Source: a virus. Taken from it: a stretch of DNA of 34,851 nt. Within the stretch, counting starts at the first letter, position 1. The number at the start of each line of letters is the position of its first letter. The DNA lies in the IMG/VR virus record IMGVR_UViG_3300045988_140506; one strand, 5' to 3'. This document shows positions 19,278-25,548 of the stretch, piece after piece. The notes under the pieces are model-generated. The model searched no databases. It was not told the origin of the DNA and saw nothing but the letters and a program-made list of their open reading frames with translations. The position numbers and the translations under genes were made by a program.

Positions 19278-19932
19278 CTTCCTTTACGTCCACAACCTCA
19301 AAATCTTTCTCGTCCAACACGACCTGATTTCGGCTGTCTTCCAACTCTTCTTTCTTGCTCGCGTCAACAATGTTCACCGTTATCCCGCCTATCTGCAAGT
19401 TGTCTATGCTCGGCATCATATTAAGCCCCAAAATCTTGTCCAGTTCATTCCTTGCCTTAATACGAATACTCACGTCGTCTATCTCTTCTATCTTCACCGA
19501 CTTAATCTTCCCGTTCTCGTCTTTCGTCGTCGTCCGCTTGTAACTCCGTATCTTCCCGTTCAGAATGTCCCGATAAAACTGTATCCGCCTCGCCGTTTCC
19601 CCGTCCGCCCCGTCTATCGTCTGCAAAAGTTTCTCCGCACTATCCTGCAACGCCAACGCGTCCACTTGCCTGTTCAACAAACTCTTGTCTTCCGTCAACT
19701 CCCGCGCCCGCTTATTCGTCGTCAACTTCGCTATAAGGTCTGCCAACACCTTATTCTCGCGCTCCATTATGTACGCCGCCTGGCTCGGGTTCCCGCTCGT
19801 GTACCCACTCATCTTGTAAGACTGCGCCTTCCCGTACCCCTTTCCACGAAAATCTACATATTTCTTCTGCCGCTCATTAAGCTTGTCATAGGCGCACTGC
19901 TCGTCTATCGTAAAACACGCGTATCTCCTCAT
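19252..19932 (-). CDS. terS: Terminase small subunit
   Basis: The N-terminus LNERQKKYVDFRGKGYGKAQSYKMSGYTSGNPSQAAYIMERENKV has the typical terS HTH pattern. AATAGGAGGCAGAG lies before the ATG. It is directly upstream of terL. Confidence 0.75.
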   Translation of the reverse strand: MRRYACFTIDEQCAYDKLNERQKKYVDFRGKGYGKAQSYKMSGYTSGNPSQAAYIMERENKVLADLIAKLTTNKRARELTEDKSLLNRQVDALALQDSAEKLLQTIDGADGETARRIQFYRDILNGKIRSYKRTTTKDENGKIKSVKIEEIDDVSIRIKARNELDKILGLNMMPSIDNLQIGGITVNIVDASKKEELEDSRNQVVLDEKDFEVVDVKEDEQGSSEQ

Positions 19933-19949
19933 CTCTGCCTCCTATTCTT

Positions 19950-19966
19950 ATTATACACCTTTTTAG
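19950..19966 (-). promoter_or_regulatory. Late promoter candidate before terS (CTAAAAAGGTGTATAAT)
   Basis: A TATAAT hexamer is preceded by AAAAAGGTG. This resembles the spacer plus -10 of the duplicated early promoter (TAAAAAGGGTGTATGAT), but there is no TTGACA-like -35. Confidence 0.45.
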
Positions 19967-20179
19967 AAAATATAGGTCTCGGGAAAATTAGCCCCCCATA
20001 ATCTCCGTTCTCCCGTTCGGGGGGGTAGGGGGTGCGTCCTACAATGCCCTACAATCGACCAAAATATACGGGTTGATAAAATACTTGACTTTGATATAAA
20101 AATCGGTTTTAGCCCCGTTCTACGCCGTCAAATGGGCAAATGCGCCATAATAGACGGGTTCACGGTGTCGGCGGCGGTC

Positions 20180-20201
20180 TGTGTACGTATGCGCGCGCGT
20201 G
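20180..20201. repeat. Perfectly alternating purine-pyrimidine tract TGTGTACGTATGCGCGCGCGTG (left bracket of the iteron array)
   Basis: Read directly from the sequence: 22 nt of strict Pu/Py alternation including (GC)4. Confidence 0.9.
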
Positions 20202-20204
20202 AGG

Positions 20205-20480
20205 GCTTGTTTAGAAAACAAAACAGGCTTTCTTTACTACGATAAAGCGTTAAACCGTTCTCTGCTGTTTAGAAAACAAAACAGGCTTACTTCTGTCCGC
20301 CGCCTGTTTAGTACGATAAAGCAATAAATCATTGGCTTTGTTTAGAAAACTAAACAATTTAGCGCACTAAATCAACAAAGTGTCTATCGTCTTGCTTTAC
20401 TACGTTAAAGTGAAAAAGCGTTGTTTAGAAAACTAAACTCGTTCTTATTCTTCTACAAAAGCCTGTAATAGTACTAAACA
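20205..20480. repeat. Array of two interleaved classes of palindromic sites (iterons or operators)
   Basis: A-type sites (TGTTTAG-AAAA-C(A/T)AAAC) lie at 20205-20228, 20264-20286, 20338-20357 and 20421-20438. A-type half-sites lie at 20305-20311 and 20474-20480. B-type sites (CTTTA(C/G)TACG(A/T)TAAAG) lie at 20232-20247, 20306-20321 and 20395-20410. Confidence 0.85.
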
Positions 20481-20497
20481 CGTACACGCGCGCACGT
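20478..20497. repeat. Perfectly alternating purine-pyrimidine tract ACACGTACACGCGCGCACGT (right bracket of the iteron array)
   Basis: Read directly from the sequence. It has the same GTAC...GCGCGC layout as 20180-20201. Confidence 0.9.
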
Positions 20498-20504
20498 TAG
20501 CCCG

Positions 20505-20632
20505 TTCTTTTTCTTCTTTGCTTTTCTTATCCGAAAAACTCTTTTTTTCTTTTTCATTCTTTCTTTATATATTTCTTTCTTCTTTTTCTTTTTTTCTGAA
20601 AAGCATAATTCTTTTCTTTTTTTCTTTTTCTT
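20505..20632. repeat. Polypyrimidine (plus strand) / polypurine (minus strand) tract built of TTCTTTTT-like units
   Basis: About 128 bp is almost entirely T and C on the plus strand. It is interrupted only at roughly 20531-20540 and 20596-20610. Confidence 0.9.
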
Positions 20633-20777
20633 AAAAAAAGCAAGTACTAGTAATATGCTTATAGTTTTATCTTACAGTTAGTGCTTCTAATAAATAAATA
20701 AATAATAAAAATAAGCATAGAGAGATAAGAATAGGGTATATAACAAGGTAGAAAAGAAAGAGGCGAAAAAAGGCGCG

Positions 20778-20800
20778 AAAAAAGGGCTTTTTCAGCCCTT
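20778..20800 (-). terminator. Rho-independent terminator ending the early / GC-rich-island transcript
   Basis: Minus-strand RNA reads AAGGGCU-GAAAA-AGCCCUU followed by UUUU. It lies 22 nt after the stop at 20823. Confidence 0.75.
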
Positions 20801-20822
20801 TATAAATATATATGTTTTGATT

Positions 20823-21098
20823 TCAAAACCTCGTCAGAATCCAGATAGCAAACGCAAGACTTAATATCAGAATAAACGCCGTAATAGATAATGAAATAAT
20901 CCACTGCCACCCCTCGTCTGATTTTCGTCCGGAAGCGTTCTCTCTCACCCTGTTTTGTCGCTCCCGTTCTTTCTGCTTTCTCTTTTCAAGTTCTAACCGC
21001 TCGCGGGCGATTTTGAGTTTCTCGCGCTCAATCTCTGCGCGGTCGTCTGTCGTATCTGATAACGCTTTTTGTAGTTCTTCAAGACTTAATCTTTGCAC
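20823..21098 (-). CDS. Tail-anchored membrane protein with an N-terminal coiled coil (91 aa, GTG start)
   Basis: Listed as 20823..21260. I prefer the GTG at 21098, which has AAGGGGGG 7 nt upstream and lies just after the TAA of the 109-aa gene. The C-terminus WQWIISLSITAFILILSLAFAIWIL is a clear TM helix. Confidence 0.5.
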   Translation of the reverse strand: MQRLSLEELQKALSDTTDDRAEIEREKLKIARERLELEKRKQKERERQNRVRENASGRKSDEGWQWIISLSITAFILILSLAFAIWILTRF

Positions 21099-21111
21099 TG
21101 CATCGCCCCCC

Positions 21112-21441
21112 TTAATCTCTAAATCTGTAAACGGGTTCGGCGATTTCGTTTTCAATCGAAATCTCTTCGGGATAGTCCCATTCGGTATTCTCCGACCATT
21201 GCCCGACGGTCGCGCCCGCGCCGTCAATAACGCCATAAATCGCGGGTTTAATGAGTTCAAACGCTATCGTTTCGACGCGCCCGCTATCGCTGCGCCTGCC
21301 TGTTTCTACTTCAAAATCTGCGCTTCCGTATGTGCCGTCGCACTCGCTCGCCCACGTTTCTGCCTCGTCAAGGGTTTCACACGGGCTAAAACCGTTTTTT
21401 TCGCACCATTTTACAAAAGTTTTCGGGTTTGTTAATTTCAT
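21112..21441 (-). CDS. Strongly acidic 109-aa protein, function unknown
   Basis: AAAGGAGTTTTGAGAA lies before ATG 21441. By my count there are about 23 Asp/Glu against 10 Lys/Arg. The coding sequence is GC-rich. Confidence 0.65.
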   Translation of the reverse strand: MKLTNPKTFVKWCEKNGFSPCETLDEAETWASECDGTYGSADFEVETGRRSDSGRVETIAFELIKPAIYGVIDGAGATVGQWSENTEWDYPEEISIENEIAEPVYRFRD

Positions 21442-21546
21442 TTCTCAAAACTCCTTTATTTGTAGTACCCCGACGGGGAAAACGCTCTCACCGTCAGTCG
21501 CTCGCGGCTTAAACCCTATTTTTCCCCGCCGCGACGGGTTGCGCGG

Positions 21547-22197
21547 TTAGTCGCGCCATTTCAAGCCCTCAACCGCGATTTCGTTTAATTCGTGCGCTTT
21601 TGCGCTCGCAACGTCAAATGCCTTGCGGGTTTCGGCGGTCAGTCGCTCGATTTTATTCAAGTATTTTTCGATATTATCGATATACTTATTAGGGTTTGTG
21701 ATTTCCGCGACAGCTTCGGCGTGAATTGCGTTGTTTTCGTCAACGATTTTCGCGCGGTTTTTCGTCCAGCACTCCACGCCGCGTCCGTATGCTCCGCGCT
21801 CGCTGATGTTGATACTATCTTTTATTTGTGTAAGATAATTAGTCGAAAAATAAAACGAAAACCCTTTTTCGCGCATTTCGTCGCGGATTTTCTCGGCAGT
21901 TCTCTCGCCGTGCTTTTTGCCGTCGTATTTTTTCAAAACTTCCGCAAGGGCTTTTTTACCCGTTTCAACAAGTACATAATTATAATTATTACTTAGTACT
22001 TTGCCGCGTGCGCTTATGCGCTCGGCTTCTTTTTGTAACGTTTCAATTCTAAGCGACGTAAGCCGCGCCGCGTCGCGGTCGCCTGCCTTATGTGCGGCGA
22101 TAAAAGCGGCGTTGACGTTGTTGCGCTCTGCGCTCTTTGCGCGTTTGGCGTCCTGAGTTGTTTCAATTTCCTTTTTAATTTCTTGTAATGTTTTCAT
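21547..22197 (-). CDS. Hypothetical Ala/Arg/Lys-rich helical protein (216 aa; an alternative upstream in-frame start gives 254 aa)
   Basis: Listed as 21547..22311. The ATG at 22197 has AAAGGAGTAAAAAAA upstream. The upstream in-frame ATGs have poor SD context. The coding sequence is GC-rich. Confidence 0.6.
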   Translation of the reverse strand: MKTLQEIKKEIETTQDAKRAKSAERNNVNAAFIAAHKAGDRDAARLTSLRIETLQKEAERISARGKVLSNNYNYVLVETGKKALAEVLKKYDGKKHGERTAEKIRDEMREKGFSFYFSTNYLTQIKDSINISERGAYGRGVECWTKNRAKIVDENNAIHAEAVAEITNPNKYIDNIEKYLNKIERLTAETRKAFDVASAKAHELNEIAVEGLKWRD

Positions 22198-22364
22198 TTT
22201 TTTTACTCCTTTTGCGGGCTTACCGCCCTTGTTTTGTTGCCTTAATCTTATCACGGCGTCAACAATTTTGCAATACTTTGTCCATCCTTTTTTCATATAT
22301 CCACATATCAAAAAGGATATACTCTCCCCCGTCCCCTAATATTAAGGCACCCCCTTTTTGCTTT

Positions 22365-22409
22365 TCCCCAAAACAAAAACCCCGCCCAACGATTTTTTCC
22401 TATCGTATT
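22365..22409 (-). terminator. Compound hairpin plus U5 after the sigma-factor gene
   Basis: Minus-strand RNA reads CCCCCCCC-UUAAU-ACGAU-AGGAAAAA-AUCGU-U-GGGCGGGG-UUUUU. The outer stem is G/C and the inner stem is 5 bp. Confidence 0.55.
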
Positions 22410-22449
22410 AAGGGGGGGGTCTTTTTTCTTGTGCCTTATTATTTTGCTA

Positions 22450-22926
22450 TTAAGGGGGGGTTATCTGACGAGCCTTGCTTTTGATTGTTTCGATATGCTG
22501 ATGTAAGACGGGATAAGTACACTTGATTGTCTGTATCATTTCCTTTTGTCCATAGCCCTGTAAGTTGAGGTCTATTATTTGCCTTTCTACGGCGTTACAA
22601 CGGACTTTTAGTTGCTCTATGATAGTTGTGTCGAAGTCAGGCATTTCCGCGCCTTTAAGGGGCATTGCAAGGTCAAGGGCGGTTTCGTTAAAAGACTTTA
22701 CTGTTTCCTTTTTGTGTTGTCGCTTGATAAAATAGTAAACGTTCTTGTAAGCATAAGTTGTCCATTTTATGTTTCGGCTTTCGTCAAACCTTTCAATGCA
22801 CATACACATATACAAGATTGCGCTTTGCCTTAAATCTTCGTCGCCCGATAAACCTTGATTTTTAAGTGCCGTGTTTACAACCCATAAACTATTCTCAATA
22901 GTCGTCCGTTGCTCGTCCGTCAACAT
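22450..22926 (-). CDS. Phage-encoded sigma-70-family (small, ECF/SigK-like) RNA polymerase sigma factor
   Basis: A region-2-like segment reads RQSAILYMCMCIERFDESRNIKWTTYAYKNVYYFIKR. A region-4 HTH-like segment reads ERQIIDLNLQGYGQKEMIQTIKCTYPVLHQHIETIKSKAR. The ATG at 22926 has AAGGAG 5 nt upstream. The listed start at 22932 is a GTG. Confidence 0.8.
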   Translation of the reverse strand: MLTDEQRTTIENSLWVVNTALKNQGLSGDEDLRQSAILYMCMCIERFDESRNIKWTTYAYKNVYYFIKRQHKKETVKSFNETALDLAMPLKGAEMPDFDTTIIEQLKVRCNAVERQIIDLNLQGYGQKEMIQTIKCTYPVLHQHIETIKSKARQITPP

Positions 22927-22935
22927 ACCCACTCC

Positions 22936-23250
22936 TTAAAACGGCGTTTCTTCTTCCGCCTCTTCTTTCTTCGTTAATACAAAGTTCCAGCCCCTTACCG
23001 TCAATGCCCAGTTCGTTCTCGTGTCCGTAACAAAACTGTTCATCGAGCCGTAAAGTTCAATGGGACTGCCTTTCTTGAAATACTTTGCGATTGACTTTGC
23101 TTCTTTGTCCCACGCTACACACACAAAATAGTCTACTTTGTCTTTGCCGTCTTGTACCGCTACGCTAAATCTCGCGTTCGGCACGCCGTTTATCGTTTCC
23201 GTAAGGTCTACGTCCCGTACTAATCTTCCTGATATTGATATGTTGTTCAT
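22936..23250 (-). CDS. ssb: Single-stranded DNA-binding protein
   Basis: OB-fold-type N-terminus MNNISISGRLVRDVDLTETINGVPNARFSVAV and an acidic C-terminal tip EEAEEETPF, typical of SSB. Confidence 0.85.
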   Translation of the reverse strand: MNNISISGRLVRDVDLTETINGVPNARFSVAVQDGKDKVDYFVCVAWDKEAKSIAKYFKKGSPIELYGSMNSFVTDTRTNWALTVRGWNFVLTKKEEAEEETPF

Positions 23251-23549
23251 TCTTCTTTCTCCTTTCTTTCTGCTACCACAAATTGTACTCCTTTCGGCAA
23301 TACCGCCATTTCAATCGGAATTCCCAAAACTCTGTCAAAGTCTGGTATCTTGTTTTTGCTGTTTACCAAAATAAAGTTCGCTTCGTGTCCGTCTTTATGC
23401 AACTTTTCCATTTCTTTCAAAATGTTTACAAAAAGCGTTTTCTTCGTCTTTTGCTTTAACGCGTCTTTAAGGTCGATTATCATCACCCCGATTATCCACG
23501 CCAAAAGAAACACATTAAACAATATAAGTATGATTTCAATTGTTCTCAT
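23247..23549 (-). CDS. Small membrane-anchored protein (100 aa)
   Basis: N-terminal TM helix IEIILILFNVFLLAWIIGVMII. AAGGAGAATAAAAA lies before the ATG. There is an ATGA overlap with ssb. Confidence 0.6.
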   Translation of the reverse strand: MRTIEIILILFNVFLLAWIIGVMIIDLKDALKQKTKKTLFVNILKEMEKLHKDGHEANFILVNSKNKIPDFDRVLGIPIEMAVLPKGVQFVVAERKEKEE

Positions 23550-23650
23550 TTTTTATTCTCCTTGATTATTTTTTCGCATTTCTTGTTTATTTCTCCGCTC
23601 AATATTCTCTCGCACCATTTAGGCTTAATTGATATTAAAACTGATTTCAT
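23546..23650 (-). CDS. 34-aa ORF resembling the first strand and helix of an ASCH-type domain (possible remnant)
   Basis: Not in the track because it is under 60 aa. The sequence is MKSVLISIKPKWCERILSGEINKKCEKIIKENKK. It has ATGA overlaps with both the upstream stop (23647) and the downstream start (23549). Confidence 0.4.
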   Translation of the reverse strand: MKSVLISIKPKWCERILSGEINKKCEKIIKENKK

Positions 23651-23964
23651 TTTTTCGCCAACTCCTTTATAAGTTCGTCGATTTTCTCGACTTCGACTAC
23701 TTCTCGACAATAATCGTTTACATACGACTTTTCTTTCAACTTGTTCAGCACGTCGATTGTGTTCTGCCTCGCAATACGCAGTTCGTCGTCAAGCAAGGCA
23801 CACTCGGCTTTGAGTTGCATTATGTCTTTTTCTTGCTCGGCTATGAGGTCGAATGTGTGCCCTCTTAATTCTATCTGACAACCTATTATATTAACATATG
23901 GACAGTTCCAACACTTGCCCGCTATACAACATTCCAACGCTTTCTTAATTTCGGCTTTCGTCAT
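23647..23964 (-). CDS. Cys-rich N-terminus plus coiled-coil protein (105 aa)
   Basis: Listed as 23647..24063. The ATG at 23964 has GGAGGTGGAAGA upstream and an ATGA overlap with the previous stop. The motif is ECCIAGKCWNCPY. Confidence 0.6.
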   Translation of the reverse strand: MTKAEIKKALECCIAGKCWNCPYVNIIGCQIELRGHTFDLIAEQEKDIMQLKAECALLDDELRIARQNTIDVLNKLKEKSYVNDYCREVVEVEKIDELIKELAKK

Positions 23965-24200
23965 TCTTCCACCTCCGCTTTTTGCCCGACTTGTTTTATG
24001 ATTTCGTCCAACTTCTGATTGTAATGTACTCCGTTCGGCGGCTCGTTGTGACACCTGTGGCACAAGTGGACTGTCAGCCCGTATTGTTCAGACTTTTTCC
24101 GATAAGCCGTGCCGTTGAAAATGTGGTGCCGTTCTATCCAGCCTGTTCGACCGCAAATGTAACACTTGTCTTCTTTGTCGCCTTTGATTATTGACTTCAT
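23961..24200 (-). CDS. Cys/His-rich zinc-binding, HNH-like small protein (79 aa)
   Basis: CYICGR...ERHHIF...LCHRCHNEPPNGVH has a CxxC plus HH plus CxxCH arrangement. There are ATGA overlaps on both sides. Confidence 0.6.
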   Translation of the reverse strand: MKSIIKGDKEDKCYICGRTGWIERHHIFNGTAYRKKSEQYGLTVHLCHRCHNEPPNGVHYNQKLDEIIKQVGQKAEVEE

Positions 24201-24496
24201 ACGCTCTTGTCCTGTGCAAACTCGATATAATCGACTGTGTTGTCCAGCCTTACTTTGTAACTATCGCCACGCAACGACGGGTAGAGCTCCATAACCTTGC
24301 GCCTTGCCCGTCCGACGGTTTCCATACTCGGTAATTCTTCCGCCTTGACTAAATTCGCCAACTCGTTGAATGGTATGTTGATTGAATATCCGTACTTGTT
24401 TAGAACGAACCCGTAAAGCACAAAATCGCAATCTCTTGCTCTCGGCTTTTGCTCCAAAATCTCTTTAACAATCTCCGCTGTATTCCGTATCTTCAT
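24197..24496 (-). CDS. Hypothetical protein (99 aa)
   Basis: ATG at 24496 has GGGGA upstream. It overlaps the GIY-YIG gene end by 32 nt. Confidence 0.55.
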   Translation of the reverse strand: MKIRNTAEIVKEILEQKPRARDCDFVLYGFVLNKYGYSINIPFNELANLVKAEELPSMETVGRARRKVMELYPSLRGDSYKVRLDNTVDYIEFAQDKSV

Positions 24497-25064
24497 CGTC
24501 GTTTTCCCCTAAAAGTTCCATAAGTTTAGCAAGGTGCTGTTCCTTGCGCTTATTCGGACACTCGATTACAAGCCGAATATCGCCCTTTGTGAGCCGGTTG
24601 TTGATTTCGTCGATTACTTTCTTGCGCCCTTGCTTTATTCCGTCGTAATAGCCTTTTGCGGGTTTTTGTTCACCTAATGCCTGTTTGCCTTGCCCTTGAC
24701 TTCCCGTCGTATGATTGTAAAGTTGATAACCTAAATTGTGTACTCGCTTTATCCACTCTTGCTCGTTGTCGTTCAATTCTTCTTCGGAGCAATAAATGAC
24801 TTTCTCGCACTTCCATTTATCTTCCTTAATGAAAGCCGAGCCGATACCGTGTTTTTTCAACGATAGGTCTATGTGTTGATACCCCGACAGGTGTTCTGCA
24901 AGCCGTGTTAAAACCTTTTTCGCTTGTCCAACATATGCAAACTTAAAGCCGTTCTCGTCGTATCTCGTAAGGATGTAAATTCCGCTTTCGTCTTTTATCG
25001 AATAGTATTTCAACCACTGCTCTTTATTCTTTTTCAAAATCGCGTATCGCTGTTTATTGTTCAT
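24465..25064 (-). CDS. GIY-YIG domain nuclease (free-standing, homing-endonuclease-like)
   Basis: The spacing GIYILTRYDENGFKFAYVGQAKKVLTRLAEHLSG ... EQEWI ... N matches GIY-(10-11)-YVG, the R..EH and the downstream Glu of the GIY-YIG fold. AGGAGAATGTAAAA lies before the ATG. Confidence 0.8.
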   Translation of the reverse strand: MNNKQRYAILKKNKEQWLKYYSIKDESGIYILTRYDENGFKFAYVGQAKKVLTRLAEHLSGYQHIDLSLKKHGIGSAFIKEDKWKCEKVIYCSEEELNDNEQEWIKRVHNLGYQLYNHTTGSQGQGKQALGEQKPAKGYYDGIKQGRKKVIDEINNRLTKGDIRLVIECPNKRKEQHLAKLMELLGENDDEDTEYSGDC

Positions 25065-25093
25065 TTTTACATTCTCCTAAATCGGTCGGAAGT

Positions 25094-25423
25094 TCAGTCG
25101 CCATCTCCGTATCTGTATTCGGTAGGCACATACCCGCCACCCCAACCGCACTCGTGGCACACATAGTTTCCGCTTTTCTCGTCATATTCCAAATCCGCTC
25201 CGCAATCAGGACACACGCCCTCGAATTCCGCGTTTTCTTTGATTTCTTCTTTGCAATACTCTCGCATCTCTTTGAGTTTCGCAAGCGTGCGCCCTGCGTA
25301 GGTTTCAAACCCTAATTCTTCTATCTCGGCAATCGCCCCGTCAAGTGCTTCAAGGAATTCCACCTTTTCACCGTCGCTCCAATAATCATAAAGCGCGTCC
25401 GTCAATTCTGTACTCTTTACCAT
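25094..25423 (-). CDS. Acidic zinc-ribbon protein (109 aa; 111 aa if the ATG at 25429 is used)
   Basis: CPDCGADLEYDEKSGNYVCHECGW has a CxxC-N14-CxxC pattern. AAGGAG lies 9 nt before ATG 25423 and only 3 nt before 25429. Confidence 0.6.
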   Translation of the reverse strand: MVKSTELTDALYDYWSDGEKVEFLEALDGAIAEIEELGFETYAGRTLAKLKEMREYCKEEIKENAEFEGVCPDCGADLEYDEKSGNYVCHECGWGGGYVPTEYRYGDGD

Positions 25424-25548
25424 TTTCATTCACTCCTTTTTCGTTTTCTGTTCTCGCAATGCCGAACACCACCGTGCCGTTCTTCCGCGCAAAATAGTCC
25501 GCGTCGCTTAACTTTCTGAAACAGCAACACACGTTGCCACAAAAGACT

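Noticed and set aside
20072-20100. Plus-strand TTGATA-N16-TATAAA promoter that would transcribe the iteron array as an RNA
   Set aside because: It is a chance-level match in AT-rich DNA with no supporting terminator or conserved structure. It is mentioned only as something RNA-seq could test.
20205-20440. Possible mini-CRISPR array, with repeats beginning GTTTAGAAAAC
   Set aside because: The repeats are only about 18-24 nt, differ between copies and are themselves palindromes. The spacers are of unequal length (roughly 35-63 nt) and contain a second repeat class. There are no cas genes. Operator- or iteron-type sites explain the pattern better.
20500-20640. Poly-Lys/Glu micro-ORFs on the minus strand of the polypurine tract
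   Set aside because: They are interrupted by stops in every frame, have no RBS, and have the composition of simple-sequence DNA.
20823-21260. Long 145-aa form of the last early ORF
   Set aside because: It would overlap the 109-aa gene by about 150 nt out of frame. A GTG with AAGGGGGG 7 nt upstream sits right after the 109-aa stop and gives a sensible 91-aa tail-anchored protein.
20000-22450. tRNA or tmRNA-like genes in the non-coding stretches (20002-20200, 21442-21546, 22312-22449, 34018-34083)
   Set aside because: I could not fold any cloverleaf, and there is no GTTCGAATC-like T-loop or matching acceptor stems.
25054-25308. 84-aa minus-strand ORF overlapping the zinc-ribbon gene
   Set aside because: It is out of frame within the better-supported 25094..25423 gene, which has an RBS and a CxxC-N14-CxxC motif. 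It has no RBS of its own.
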